A stretch of 50,540 bases of DNA, filler included, from Sphacelaria rigidula (lineage: Eukaryota), in the NCBI GenBank assembly GCA_964200075.2. It is 3 parts of 3 records of this genome, joined end to end, with 100 filler letters (N's around TTAATTAATTAA, not from the genome) between each part and the next. Parts side by side here need not be neighbours in the genome. Positions count along the whole stretch, not along the records: positions 1 to 16,786 come from CAXNAA020001255.1; 2 more parts are not named here. One strand, given 5' to 3'. Both the position numbers and the translations under genes were made by a program. The notes under the pieces are model-generated. The model ran no database searches, was not told the origin of the DNA, and saw only the letters and a list, made by a program, of their open reading frames with translations. Shown one piece after another: positions 1-11,700 of the stretch (position 1 is its first letter; each line of letters opens with the position of its first letter).

Positions 1-1599
1 CTAACAATTCTAACCTCAGAAATTATTTCTGTACCCCTACCGTAGCATCACTCTCTATTGGAGGAAAATTATAGGAGAGTGGTACGGTTGGGGGGGACGG
101 GCTGCGTGGTGTGTTCCAGGAAGTGTATGGGGGGTTACGAGGATCAGAGCGATTAAGCGTGATTCGTCGCAAGTACGCCTGCCAGAATAACTTCTTGCAG
201 ATTCGGAGAGATGAAAATGAGCAGTGTGGAAGGATGTGTTTCACGTTGCTTCCCCCCCCCCCCCACCTTTCGTCATGCCACGTACCCAACGTACGAGACG
301 CCGTTGTCCATAGCATTGTAGGTGCAAGGTCGGGTAGGTGGTGAACGTACGCTTTATCCAACCAGGAACGAGGACGCACAGTGGGGTCGCGGGTGATTGA
401 CCCACACTCCGCCACAAGTATCAAGTCATTTGAACTTGGGGAAAAGTCACGATGACATGAACAGCAATTAGAGGGATACGCGACCCGCCTGTTGTGTGAC
501 ACCAACGGCGCATTTTCCAGGCGACATATAATCTGTTCTTTGGACCAATCGTTGCGGTCGTGCAACCGATGCTAGGGTGGTGGCCTTAAAGTGCTCACTG
601 AGTCTGCTGGAGCCGACAGCGGGTGGGTACGAGTGAGCATCACACAATCACCAGTTCGGAGAGTATTTTCGCTGGTGGTCTGTCCAAACGACAACAACGA
701 GGTTATCCGGGGTTCTAGCGTCGTCGGATTACCACTTATGATCATATTCAATGTCCATGATAGACCCAGAAAGCCTCCGGACGGTTTTCCTTATATCTCT
801 CGTAGACAAGCCAAGATCGCCCTCAAACTTGGCAGTTCGGTGGGTGATAGTGCCCCAACTTAGGGAATATTGCTGAAGATTATTTCGAAGGTTTCCTCCC
901 CTTTGACGACTCCCCAGGCGTAAAGCCCCCTGAACGCGGTACAGACTGCCTCAGAGCACAAGACTAAAAATGGATTTGTACTGGAATAGTCTAAGGAACA
1001 TTTGTACGATGTTTCGTTGCGAAACTGGACAAACCGATGCAAGGGGGTTGTGTTCACGTCGAACACGCCGTTCAATACTTTAATGAACTAGTCTAGTTCG
1101 GAGTTATACCGGCACGGTACACTTCAGCGTACTCATCCGCAAAACCTCACGCCGATTTTGGGAGTTAGATCGGTGCAAATATGACAACATGTACCTTTTT
1201 TAACTGTCACTGTGGACCACTCCCCTTCCTTAACCCCGAACTCCGCGCAATGGCGACGATCGCACTACGTACTGTAGTGGGTATGTGATGAAAAACCCAT
1301 GAGGCAAGGTATAACCCATGGCCGTCTCTGGAGGTTGCCATACCAGAAAATGAAGTAACCCATCCGAGACTGCCATCCATATGCAAGATAATCAATGCGC
1401 TTCGGGCCGGACGATCTCAGCAGGATACATCTCACCCTTCATGAGACTGGCGGAGCACATCGCGAAGCTTTGCGCTCGGCAATTGATTGCGAGTCTGGTC
1501 CCCCAAATGCGAAATCCTGGTGTGCTCCGTCCCGGCTTTGTAGCGAGGCGCGGCCGATGGTCTCATGACTGCCCCATGAAAGATCACGAGTATACTCCT

Positions 1600-1832
1600 A
1601 CCTGCCTCGGGGCGAGTCCGTGGTCCCAAGCGATCAACCCATCTCTACCCAGTACACGTCTAGCATTTTGGTCCCACGGATTGGGTCAGCACTCCCGCAC
1701 CGCGTCAACTTTCGTCAAACAAATGTAGCCAACTACGTGTGTGCTCAGGCACCCACGTATTTGACTGCCAGAATCAGATAATTCGAAGAACTCTCAACAC
1801 ATCGAGAATCGAACCATTAGATCACCGGGGCG
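1600..1832 (-). mobile_element. tRNA-derived SINE-like repeat, copy 1
   Basis: Shares gatcaacccatctct...cattttggtc...ggattgggtcagcactcccgcacc with 24710-24985; the minus-strand head has a B-box-like GGTTCGATTC. Confidence 0.65.
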
Positions 1833-2551
1833 CGGCGATATATATATAACCATGTGCCGCCAAATCAGCATACAGAAATGCTCACGTACATGGCCTGGTC
1901 TGAAAAAAACGGTCTGGGCTCCCCCTACCCTCATGTTATACTCTCAACATCTAGCTATTCAGATGCATGGCCGTGTTATGTCACCAGAAAACAACACATT
2001 CGAAACGATATTCGATCACGGGAGATATTGAATGATCTGACGCGGGCTAGGGATCAAAGAATTGAGAGATAGACGCTGCATTCGAACATATAGAACAGCC
2101 AGAGGGTTGGCAGGTGGTCACATGCGCTTGGACACCTTCGTACTGTCTACCCGCAAGTGCGGGCGCGAGGGAGAGAGTAGATGGGGTCCACCACGACACT
2201 GCCCGTACTCTGCAGATGCGATGAAAAGGCCGGTTCATACCCTCGTCTACCAACTCGTAACTTGGAGGTTGACCTTTTGCTGCGACCCATCGTACGGACA
2301 GTGGGTGTGGATTTGTGTGCGTGCGGTAGTGCAGCCCGTCCGTGTTGGAATCGGGTTCAGCCCCACAGACCTTCCAAGGGCAAATCTGCCCCAAATACTG
2401 CATAACACGCGGAACACTCAACGCTTGAATGCAGTCCTGATCCCTTGATAGATTGATTGCTGTACACGTATCTTGGGCCCGACCATGGCCAAAAGATGGG
2501 CGTAAACAAGGTGAACAAAATTCAACCGTCGCTCTGGAAAGGAAATCTGGA

Positions 2552-2579
<28 letters not shown>
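2552..2579. repeat. (AT)n microsatellite
   Basis: Direct reading. Confidence 0.95.
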
Positions 2580-2584
<5 letters not shown>

Positions 2585-2795
2585 ACACATAGAGTGGACA
2601 CCGGAAAACAAAATAAACACAAATATCGCCACAGAGCAACAAAAATGATACGAGAAGACTAGAGACGGAAAAGAATGACACTCCCTACCGAAAACATGTA
2701 GATACATACCAGAAAGAGAGTATACCCAGGAATATTGCAAGCAAAACGGAAGCAACCGTGGGAGCCATGACCCCCTCCCGGAAAGATTAACCTCG

Positions 2796-5700
2796 TTAAG
2801 GCTCGCACTGCTGACAACACTGCCCACTTGTGACAAATGTGGCCTGGATTTTGCGGCGGCTTGTTCAGTACACAGCTGACCGCGCGGAAGCACCCAACTT
2901 ACTGCAGCCGGGTGGGCCATATGACCGCCCCAGGGGGCTCTCGATACCGCCCCGCCCGCGTCGGCAGCCGGCGACTGATGTGTGCGTAGGGCTAAAACGA
3001 CTTCACGCTGTCTCAACGACTCAGAGGTGAAACGGGTTGGCTTTGCCCAACGCACGCTCTCAGTCAACCTTGGAACACAGGACCTGCACAACGACATCAA
3101 AACCACAAAAGGTTGTTCACACGTCAACACATATACCTACAAGGAAGTTGCCCTCCTTGTAGGTCTCTCACCTGGTCTTGCAACGAGCCCGCACGGTTGG
3201 GGAGCAGTGTGGCCATATCAGGGTGCTTCGGGCCAAGGACTGTCTCCTGCCTCGCCTCGCACCGCTCGTATAGACGCTCAGCCTCGGCCAACTTGCCCTG
3301 TAATATAGCAAAGGACGCAAAACCACCGCACGACAACCAACGTCGGACCTACAACGGGGGCGAGACGCTCGCGCCACCGCCATGCCCACGTCTGCAGCCG
3401 CCAACCGATGTGTGTGTAGGTCGAAAACCACCTCACCTAATCTCGACGACTCGGAGCTACAACCGGTTGGCTTCGCCCAACTCACCCTCTCAGTCGACAT
3501 TGGACCCCAGGATCTCGGCAACAACACCAACAACACCAACAACACGCAACGCCGTTCACGCGTCGGCACACATGACTACGGAAAGGTTTCCTCGACTCTT
3601 ACCTGCTGTTTCAACAACCCCGCACGATCGTTAAGCGTTGCGGCCAAATCAGGGTGCTCCGGGCCAAGAATCTTCTCCCGCATCGCCTGGCACCGCTCGT
3701 AAAGGCGCTCGGCCTCGGCCAACTTACCCTGCAATGAAGACATGACGCAAACACACCACACATGGTCAACGTCGAACCTGTAACGAGGCGAGACGCTCGC
3801 GCCATCGCCCCCCAAGCGTCTTCTGCAGTAACCAACCGATGTGTGTGCAGTACCGAAACTACTTTGCCCGATATCGACGACTCAGAGCTACAACGGGTTG
3901 GCTTCGCCCAAGTCACCCTCTCAAGTCAACCTTGGCCCTCAGAACCTGCGCGACGACACCGACACCACACGATGTCCTTCAAACGTCAACACACACCACT
4001 ACGACAAAGTTGCCCCACCTCTCACCTGAAGCTGCAACAAGCTCGCACGGTTGTGGAGCAGTGTGGCCAAACGAGGGTCTTCAGGGCCAAGAACCTCCTC
4101 CTGTATCGCCTGGCACCGCTCGTAAAGGCGCTCGGCCGCGGCCAACTTGCCCTGAAATGTATTATAGTACACAACGCAAAACCACCACATTTGGAGTCTC
4201 AGAAAATAAGATGAGAACTCTATGTCTTTGAAGGAATAGCAGCAAGGTATTGAAAAGGCGAGCCCACATCTGTGACCACGGTTTCGAGAGAACGAACAAG
4301 TAAACGGAAATAATTATACTAAGAACAGTCAACGTCGGACCTGCAACGGGCGCGAGACGCTCGCGCCACCACCCCGCTCACTCCTGTAGCAGGCGAAAGG
4401 TGTGGGTGCAGGGCCGAAACCACTTCACCCAATATCGACGACTCATACCTACCACGGGGTTGGCTTCACTCAACTCACCCTCTCAAGTCAACCTTGGCCC
4501 ACAGCACCCGCGCAACGACATCAACACCACTACGAGAAAGCTGCCTCGGCTCTCAACTGACTTTGCAGCAATCCCGCACGGTTGTTGAGCAGTGTGGCCA
4601 AACGAGGGTCCTACGGGCCAAGAACATTCTCCGATATTGCTTGGCACCGCTCGTAGAGGCGCTCGGCCTCGGTCAACTTGCCCTGAAATGTAGTACATGA
4701 CGCAAAACCACCACACAACAGCCGGTGTCGAACCTACAACGGCGGAGAGACGCTCGCGCCACCACCCCACCCACGTCTGCAGCCGATGATCAGACTGTGT
4801 GCAGGGCCGAAATTAGTTTACGCGATCTCGACGACTCAGAGCGACAACGGGCTGGCGTGCCCGAATCACCCTCAGTCAACCTTGGCCCACACGACCAACG
4901 CAACATCCACAGCACACAATGTTCTTTACACGTCAACACACACGACTACGAGAGAGTTGCCTAGGCTCTCACCTGATGCCGCAACACGTTCGCACGGTTG
5001 TGGAGCAGCGTGGTCAAACGAGGGTCCTCCGGGCCAAGAACCTTCTCCGTAATCGCCTGGCACGACTCGTAGAGGGGCTCGGCCTCGGAAAACTTACCCT
5101 GAAATGTAGTGGACGACGCGAAGCCACAACGCAACAGTCAGCGTCGGACCTACAATGGGGTTGACAGGGTTTGTGCCACCGCCCCGCCCGTCTGCCCCCG
5201 GCGACCGATATGTGTGCAGGGCCAAAACTACTTACTTGCCCGATCTCTTCGACTTAGAGATACAACGGCTTCGCTTCGCTCAACTCACCCTCTCCCCCAA
5301 CGTTGGCCAACACAACCAGCGCAATAAAATCAACACACACGACTACGAGGAAGTTGCCCGGCCCTCACCTGATGTTGCAACAAGAGCGCACGATTGTGGA
5401 GCGTTGCGGCCAAATCAAAGTGCTCCGGGCCGAGAACAATCTCCCTGATCGCCTGGCACCGCTCGTAAAGGCGCTCGGCCTGGGCCAATTTGCCCTGTAA
5501 TGCAGTTACGACGCAAAATCAGCACGCAACAGCCAACGTCGGATCTTCCATGGGGGAAAGACGCTCGTGAAACCCCCCGGCCCACGTCTGCAGCCGGCGA
5601 CCACTCTGTGTGCAGGGCCAAAACTACTTCACCCGATCTCAGAGCTACAACGGGTTGGCTTCACCGACGTCACCCTCTCGGTGAAAGTTAGCCCACGCGA

Positions 5701-8700
5701 CCAGCGCAACATCAACACACGGTGTCCTTCACACGTCAACGCAAACCACTACGACAAAGTTGCCCCACCTCTCACCTGAAGCTGCAGCAAGCCCGCACGG
5801 TTGTGGAGCAGTCCGGCCAAATCAGGGTGCTGCGGGCCAAGAATCTTCTCCAGCATCGTCTCGCACCGCTCGTAGAGGGGCTCGGCCTCGGCCAACTTGC
5901 CCTGTAATGTAGTTCTCGACGCAAAACCACCAGTCAACATCGGACCTACAACGGGGGCGAGACGCTTGCGGTACCGCCCCGCCCACGCCTGCCTTCGGCG
6001 ACCGATGTGTGTGCGGCGATGAAGGTACTTCACCCGATTTCCACGACCCAGAGCTACAACGGGTTGGCTTCGACCAACTCACCCTATCAGTTAACCTTGG
6101 TCCACACGTCAACGCACGACTACGAGAAAGATGTCCCGCCTCTTACCTGACGTTTCAACAACCCCGCGCGGTTGTTCAGCGTTGCGGCCAAATCAAAGTG
6201 CTCCGGGCCAAGGACCTTCTCCCTAATGGCCTGGCACTGCTCGTAGAGGCGCTCAGCCTCGGCAAACTTGTTCTGCAATGTAGTGAACGACGCAAAGCCA
6301 CCACATAATAGTCAACGTCAAGTTTACAATGGCGGCGAGACGCTCGCGCCACCGCCCCGCCTACGTCTGCCGCTGGCGACCGATGTGTGTTTAGGGCCAA
6401 CCCCACGGCACCTGGCCTCGACGACCCAGAGCTACGAAGGGTTGGCTTCGCGAAAATCACCTTCTGTCAACAATCGCCCGCAGGACCTGCGCAACATCCA
6501 CACCACACAATATCGATCACACGTCAACACACACGGCCACGAGAGAGTCACCCCGCCCTTCACCTGATGTTGCAACAAGCCCGCACGGTTGTGCAGCGTT
6601 GTGGCTAAACGAGGATGCTCCGGGCCAAGAACCTTCTCTTGCATCGCCTGGCACTTCTCGTAGAGGCGCTCCGCCTCGGCAAACTTGCCCTGCAAAGTAG
6701 TGCGCGACGCAGAACCACCACACGAGAGACAATGTCGGACCTACTATGGCGGTCAGACGCTCGCGCCACCACCCCGCCCACGTCTGCAGCCGGGGATCGA
6801 TGTGTGTGCAGAACCCAGACCACTTTACCCGATCTCGACGGCTCAGAGCTACAAGGGGTTGACCTCGCCGACCCGAACTCACTCTCTCAGTCACCCTTGC
6901 AATACAGGACGGCGAACAATATCGACACCCCCACAGTGTCGGTCACACGCCAACACACACGACTACGAGAAAGTTGCCCCGGTTCTTACTTGATCTTTCA
7001 ACAACCGTGCACGGTTGTGGAGTAGTACGGCCAAATCAGGATGCTCCGGGCCATGAACCTTTTCTGTTATCGCCTGGCACCCCTCGTAGAGGCGCTCGGC
7101 TTCGGCAAACTTGCCCTGCAAGGTAGCGCACGACGCAGAACCACCACACAACAGTCAACGTCGGACCTACAACGGCGGCGAGATGGTCGTGTAACTCAAG
7201 CACACAGCCATCGACCGATGTGTGTGTAGGGCCAAAACCACTTCAATACCGACGACTCAGAGCTTCAACGGGTTGGCTTCGCCCAACTCACCCTCTCAGT
7301 CAATCTTGAACCATAGGACCTACGCAACAACATCAACACTACACAGTGTCGTTCACACATCAACACATCACTACGAGAAAGTTCCCTCCGCTTTCACCTG
7401 AAGTTGCAACAAGCCCGCACGGTTGTTGACAAGCACGGCCAAGTCAGGGTGCTCCGGGCGGAGGACCGTCTCCATGATTGACTGGCACCGCTCGTAGAGG
7501 CCCTCGGCCTCGGCAAACCTACCCTGCAATGAAGACACGACGCCAAACCGCCAGACAACGTCAGACCTACAACGGGGCCGACACGCTTGTGTCATCACCC
7601 CGCTCACACCTGCACCCGCTGATTGATGCGTGCGCAGAGCCAAACTACTTCACCCAATCTCGAGGACCCCGAGCTAAAACGGGCTGGTTTTGACAAACTA
7701 AACTCACCCTCTCAAGTCAACCTTGGACCCCAGGACCTGCGCAACGACACCAACACCACATGATGCCGTTCACACGTCAACACACATGACCACAGGAGAG
7801 TTACCCCGCCTTTCACCTGATGCTGCAACAACCCCCCACGGTTGTTGAGTGTTGTGGCCAAATCAGGGTGTTCCAGGCCAAGAACCTTCTCTTGCATCGC
7901 CTGGCACTGCTCGTAGAGGACCTCCGCCTCGGTAAACTTGCCCTGCAAGGTAGTGCACAACGCAAAACCACCACACAACAGTCAACATCGGACCTACAAC
8001 GGCGGCGAGACGCTAGTGCCACCGCCTCGCCCACGTCTGCAGCCGGCGACCAAGAGGTACGACGGGTTGGCTTCGCACGAACTCACCCTCTCAGTCAACC
8101 TTGAAACATGGGACAGCGCAACAACCTCAACACCACACAACGTTCACACGTCAACACTCACGACTACAAGGAAGATGCCTCGGCTCTCACCTGGTCTTTC
8201 AACAACCCCGCACGATTGAGCAGCAATGTGGCCAAAACAGGATCCTCCGGGTCAAGAAGCTTCTCCTTCATTGCCTGGCACCGCTCGTAGAGACGCTCGG
8301 CCTCGGCAAACTTACCCTGTAATGTAGTACACAATCCAAAACCACCACACGACATTCAACGTCGGACCTACAACGGCGGCGACGCGCTTGTGTCAGCGAC
8401 CCGCCCACGTCTGCAGCCGGCGACCGATGTGTGTGCAGGGTCAAGCTTACTATGCCCGATCTCGACGACTTAGAGGTAGACCATGTCGGCTTCGCACGAA
8501 CGCACGCGTTGGCTGACACGACCAGCGAAATAACGACCACAAGAACTTTGCCTCGGGGCCCACCTGGAGTTGCAACAAGACCGCACGATTGTGGAGCGCT
8601 GTGGCCACATCAAGGTGCTCCGAGTCGAAAACAATCTCCCTGATCGCCTGGCACCGCTCGTAGAGGCACTCGGCCTCGGAAAACTTGCCCTGAATATAGT

Positions 8701-11700
8701 CAGCAGCGGGAGACAGTCGTTCCTAGTGAAAATCCGATTTGAAATAGAACTGAAGACAACCCGGATATCACCGCGCCTGTTTGTTGACCCGCACGGCAAT
8801 ACAAGGACGCTACGGGCCAAGGGACTCGTCATTAATACAATCGGATCACCTAAATTCCCCCAAAATGTTTCTTCATCTAGGACCCTAACATTTGGGTTAT
8901 CGAAATCCAAATTTGTAGGGCGTGTAGCAGTTATCAATAGCCATCAGTAGGTGAAGGAATGGAACCATATTTGGAAGATTTGGTGTGGATACAACGATTT
9001 TCATCCTCCGGGTTTTCATCCTCAATGGAAAGCTCCATCCTCAATTTCGATGATCGGCTGCGATGACACGCACACCTCCCTGCTGCATTACATCGCCCGC
9101 ACGATCTGCTCATCTTTCATTTTCGCGTTAAAATTGTAAAAATGCAACACAGACGGCCCACCCTGGGGGTGACCGTATAGATCGAGACGAAGCCAATCTA
9201 AAACGCACAGTACAGCAGTACAATGCTGTTTAGTACAGTGCGGTGTTGTCTTTTATTTCCCGTTGTTGCGTTCGTTACGTTTGTCTATGAGTATCACCAA
9301 GAATCAGACTACACCAAACCGTTCGACAGCATCACCTTTTCCTACCTCCAGTTGCGAAAATTAATCTTTGGACTGCCACTTCGGTAGGCCATCTCGGTGT
9401 TCCAATTTTTTTTTTAATAATACGCGCATGAAACACGAATGACCCATCCTGAGTGTGGCCGTCGTCTGTATATGGACAAAGCCTAACTATACCGTACAGC
9501 ACAGTGCAATGCAGTACAGTACAGCGCAGTACACAGTGCTATCTCCTCTGTACCCCCCGCTGCATTCTTCCCCTCGTCTATGGGTACCACCACATATCAG
9601 AGTGGCGCCTCTTCCTCACACCAGCTGTAAAAAAGCGACGCTTAATCACTAGGGTGGGCCATCGGCGTCTTGTGTTCATTCTTCGAGTCAAAATCTCTGG
9701 AGACGGTCACCTTTTCCTACAACCTGCTGCAAAGTTGAAACCTCCGGCCCCCAATTGAGTTATCTGGGTTTCGCATTCATTTTTCGAGGGAAACGTATGC
9801 CGATACAACATATGGCTGACCCTGGGGAGAGTGGCCCTTGCCCGTGTATTCCCGAGGTATACGTTCAAGTCGCAGTGGAACGAGGCTGTCGAGACGGCAC
9901 GGCGGCGCTGGTATAGTTAACACAACAGACAAAGAAAATAGCACAATTCAGTCACCATGATGTTGTCTGTTCAAGTACACGCCATATTCTTTGCCTTGGG
10001 TTCCCTGTGCGGCTGTGTTCACAAACTGCGGCGCTTTTCTCAACAGAATATATCGGAGTGCACTACATTTGGACGTGCGCACGCACCGAAACGAAGTTAC
10101 TCCGATTCAGAACTCTCCTCCGCGGTTTCCCCCCGAGCCCCCTCAGTCTTTGAGTATTTTTCACTTGCACCGATTGGGAACGGCGCGTTGCGCGGGGCAC
10201 TCTATCGATAGATTTTGCCCACGCGGTCCTCTACCGTTACGTGTGCGATTCGAGCACTTGTTGTTGCGTTGGGTGTTTTAAACCCCAATGCATCATACTG
10301 CAGTGGCCATTTCAGGGAACGTCTCGCGGTCAGACCAATAAGCCGGAAAATACATTTTTTTTCAGTTTTAGAGTGTACGCGTTAAAAGCACCTAGACAAG
10401 GCCACCGCTATAGGAAGCGTGTGGATGTTGAGCAAGAGTATGCATGGTGTGAACAGGGAGGGCGTCGCCTGCACGAGCGACTCACCCGTCGAGAGATTGG
10501 GGTCCAAAAATGTATCTGAGTGGAGCATCCCAGGACGGTGAAGAAACAATGGGTATCTCGTCTATGGTCTTCACGGTGTCCTCGAACAGCCTCTTCACAT
10601 TTTCTGCCCCGATTAACACAGGTAGCTGTAGTTGTAAGAATGCAGTCCTCTCTGTTACTGTTCCTACTTTTTTCCCCTTAGAGCGTATTTGAGTTTCGTT
10701 TTTGTTGGGTACGTCTATCATGAGACTACGTTTGGACCCCGGGGGGGTCAGTTAAAGTGCGACAATCAATCATCAATCAAAGTCCGTGGCGACAAAAGTT
10801 TCGTGTTGTAGGTTGTGGCGGAAAGAAGTCGGCAAACTTCGTAGTCTCAAGCGTACCGTCTGTACACATGTGTTGCATGGGTTGACACCGGCGAATAAAA
10901 TATACCGTAACACACCCAGTCATCGATATATATCAACCGTGGGATTGCGCTACGAAAGGAAAGGACGGGCAGCAAGATGCGGCCGTGGTAACTGTTCGTT
11001 GCAACGCACCGAGCGGACATCAACATGTCTCCCAGAACCCACACCGTACGCACCTGAGCGTCACCCACGTCCCAAAGCGCTGGGTAGAACCAGTGCTTCA
11101 TGCCAGCAGCGTCGTGCCCATGGTGATATCGTTGCTAACGATGAAGTTCTGGGTTTGAGTACAACAAGTTACACCGTCACGTTTTTTGCCCCTAAGAAAC
11201 GTGCTCCTTCGGTACAGAATCGTTGGGACGGCAACAGACCACAGACACTTTTTGTTCCGGAGAATGTTCAGGCACAATGATTGAGAATATGTGCTACATC
11301 CGTTCTTTGAAGAGCATCGGGAGAAAATGCACATCATTGTCTGATCGGGCTCATGGGCAGGAAAAATCTTGTCCACAATTTTTCGTCATACCCCATGTTG
11401 TCAAACGGAATATGTGAAGTTACATCGGGTGCGAATATTATTTTTCTCAAACACGCTCCCTTGAGTAAGGGCACTTCTCATAGACTATTTCTTACGGTTG
11501 TCTGTGGGGGGAGAGGCATCACGTTTAAACAGGGAATATCGCCAGTACATGTCTTGGATACGTTGCATTATCTCACTAAGAGGAGTCTAACCCAAACTTC
11601 TGATTCGCTTGGCTCCAAGGTTTCGAGGATGGCTTCCGAAACAAAAGACGGCGGGACATGAAGAAATATAGGATATTCGCAGTAATGGGCATTTATTTCT

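Larger units (their letters stand above)
2940..8689 (-). repeat. Tandem array of 14 exon+intron cassettes (~345-530 nt period), each with a 126-nt TPR exon
   Basis: Exon low coordinates: 3172, 3603, 4026, 4557, 4973, 5369, 5776, 6147, 6564, 6990, 7398, 7817, 8191, 8564 (each +125). Consensus GK(F/L)AEAERLYERCQAIxEKVLGPEHPDLAxxLxNRAGLLxxQ. Introns share long motifs such as gtcggacctacaacgg, cccacgtctgcagccggcgaccgatgtgtgtg, gggttggcttcgcccaactcaccctctc, cacgtcaacacacacgactacgag. Confidence 0.97.

Noticed and set aside
2940-8689. CRISPR-like or satellite interpretation of the ~400-nt periodic repeat
   Set aside because: Each unit contains a splice-flanked in-frame TPR exon; there are no unique spacers or cas genes, and the context is eukaryotic.
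2982-8950. Numerous plus-strand and off-frame ORFs over the array
   Set aside because: They are antisense or intron-spanning shadows of the TPR cassettes.
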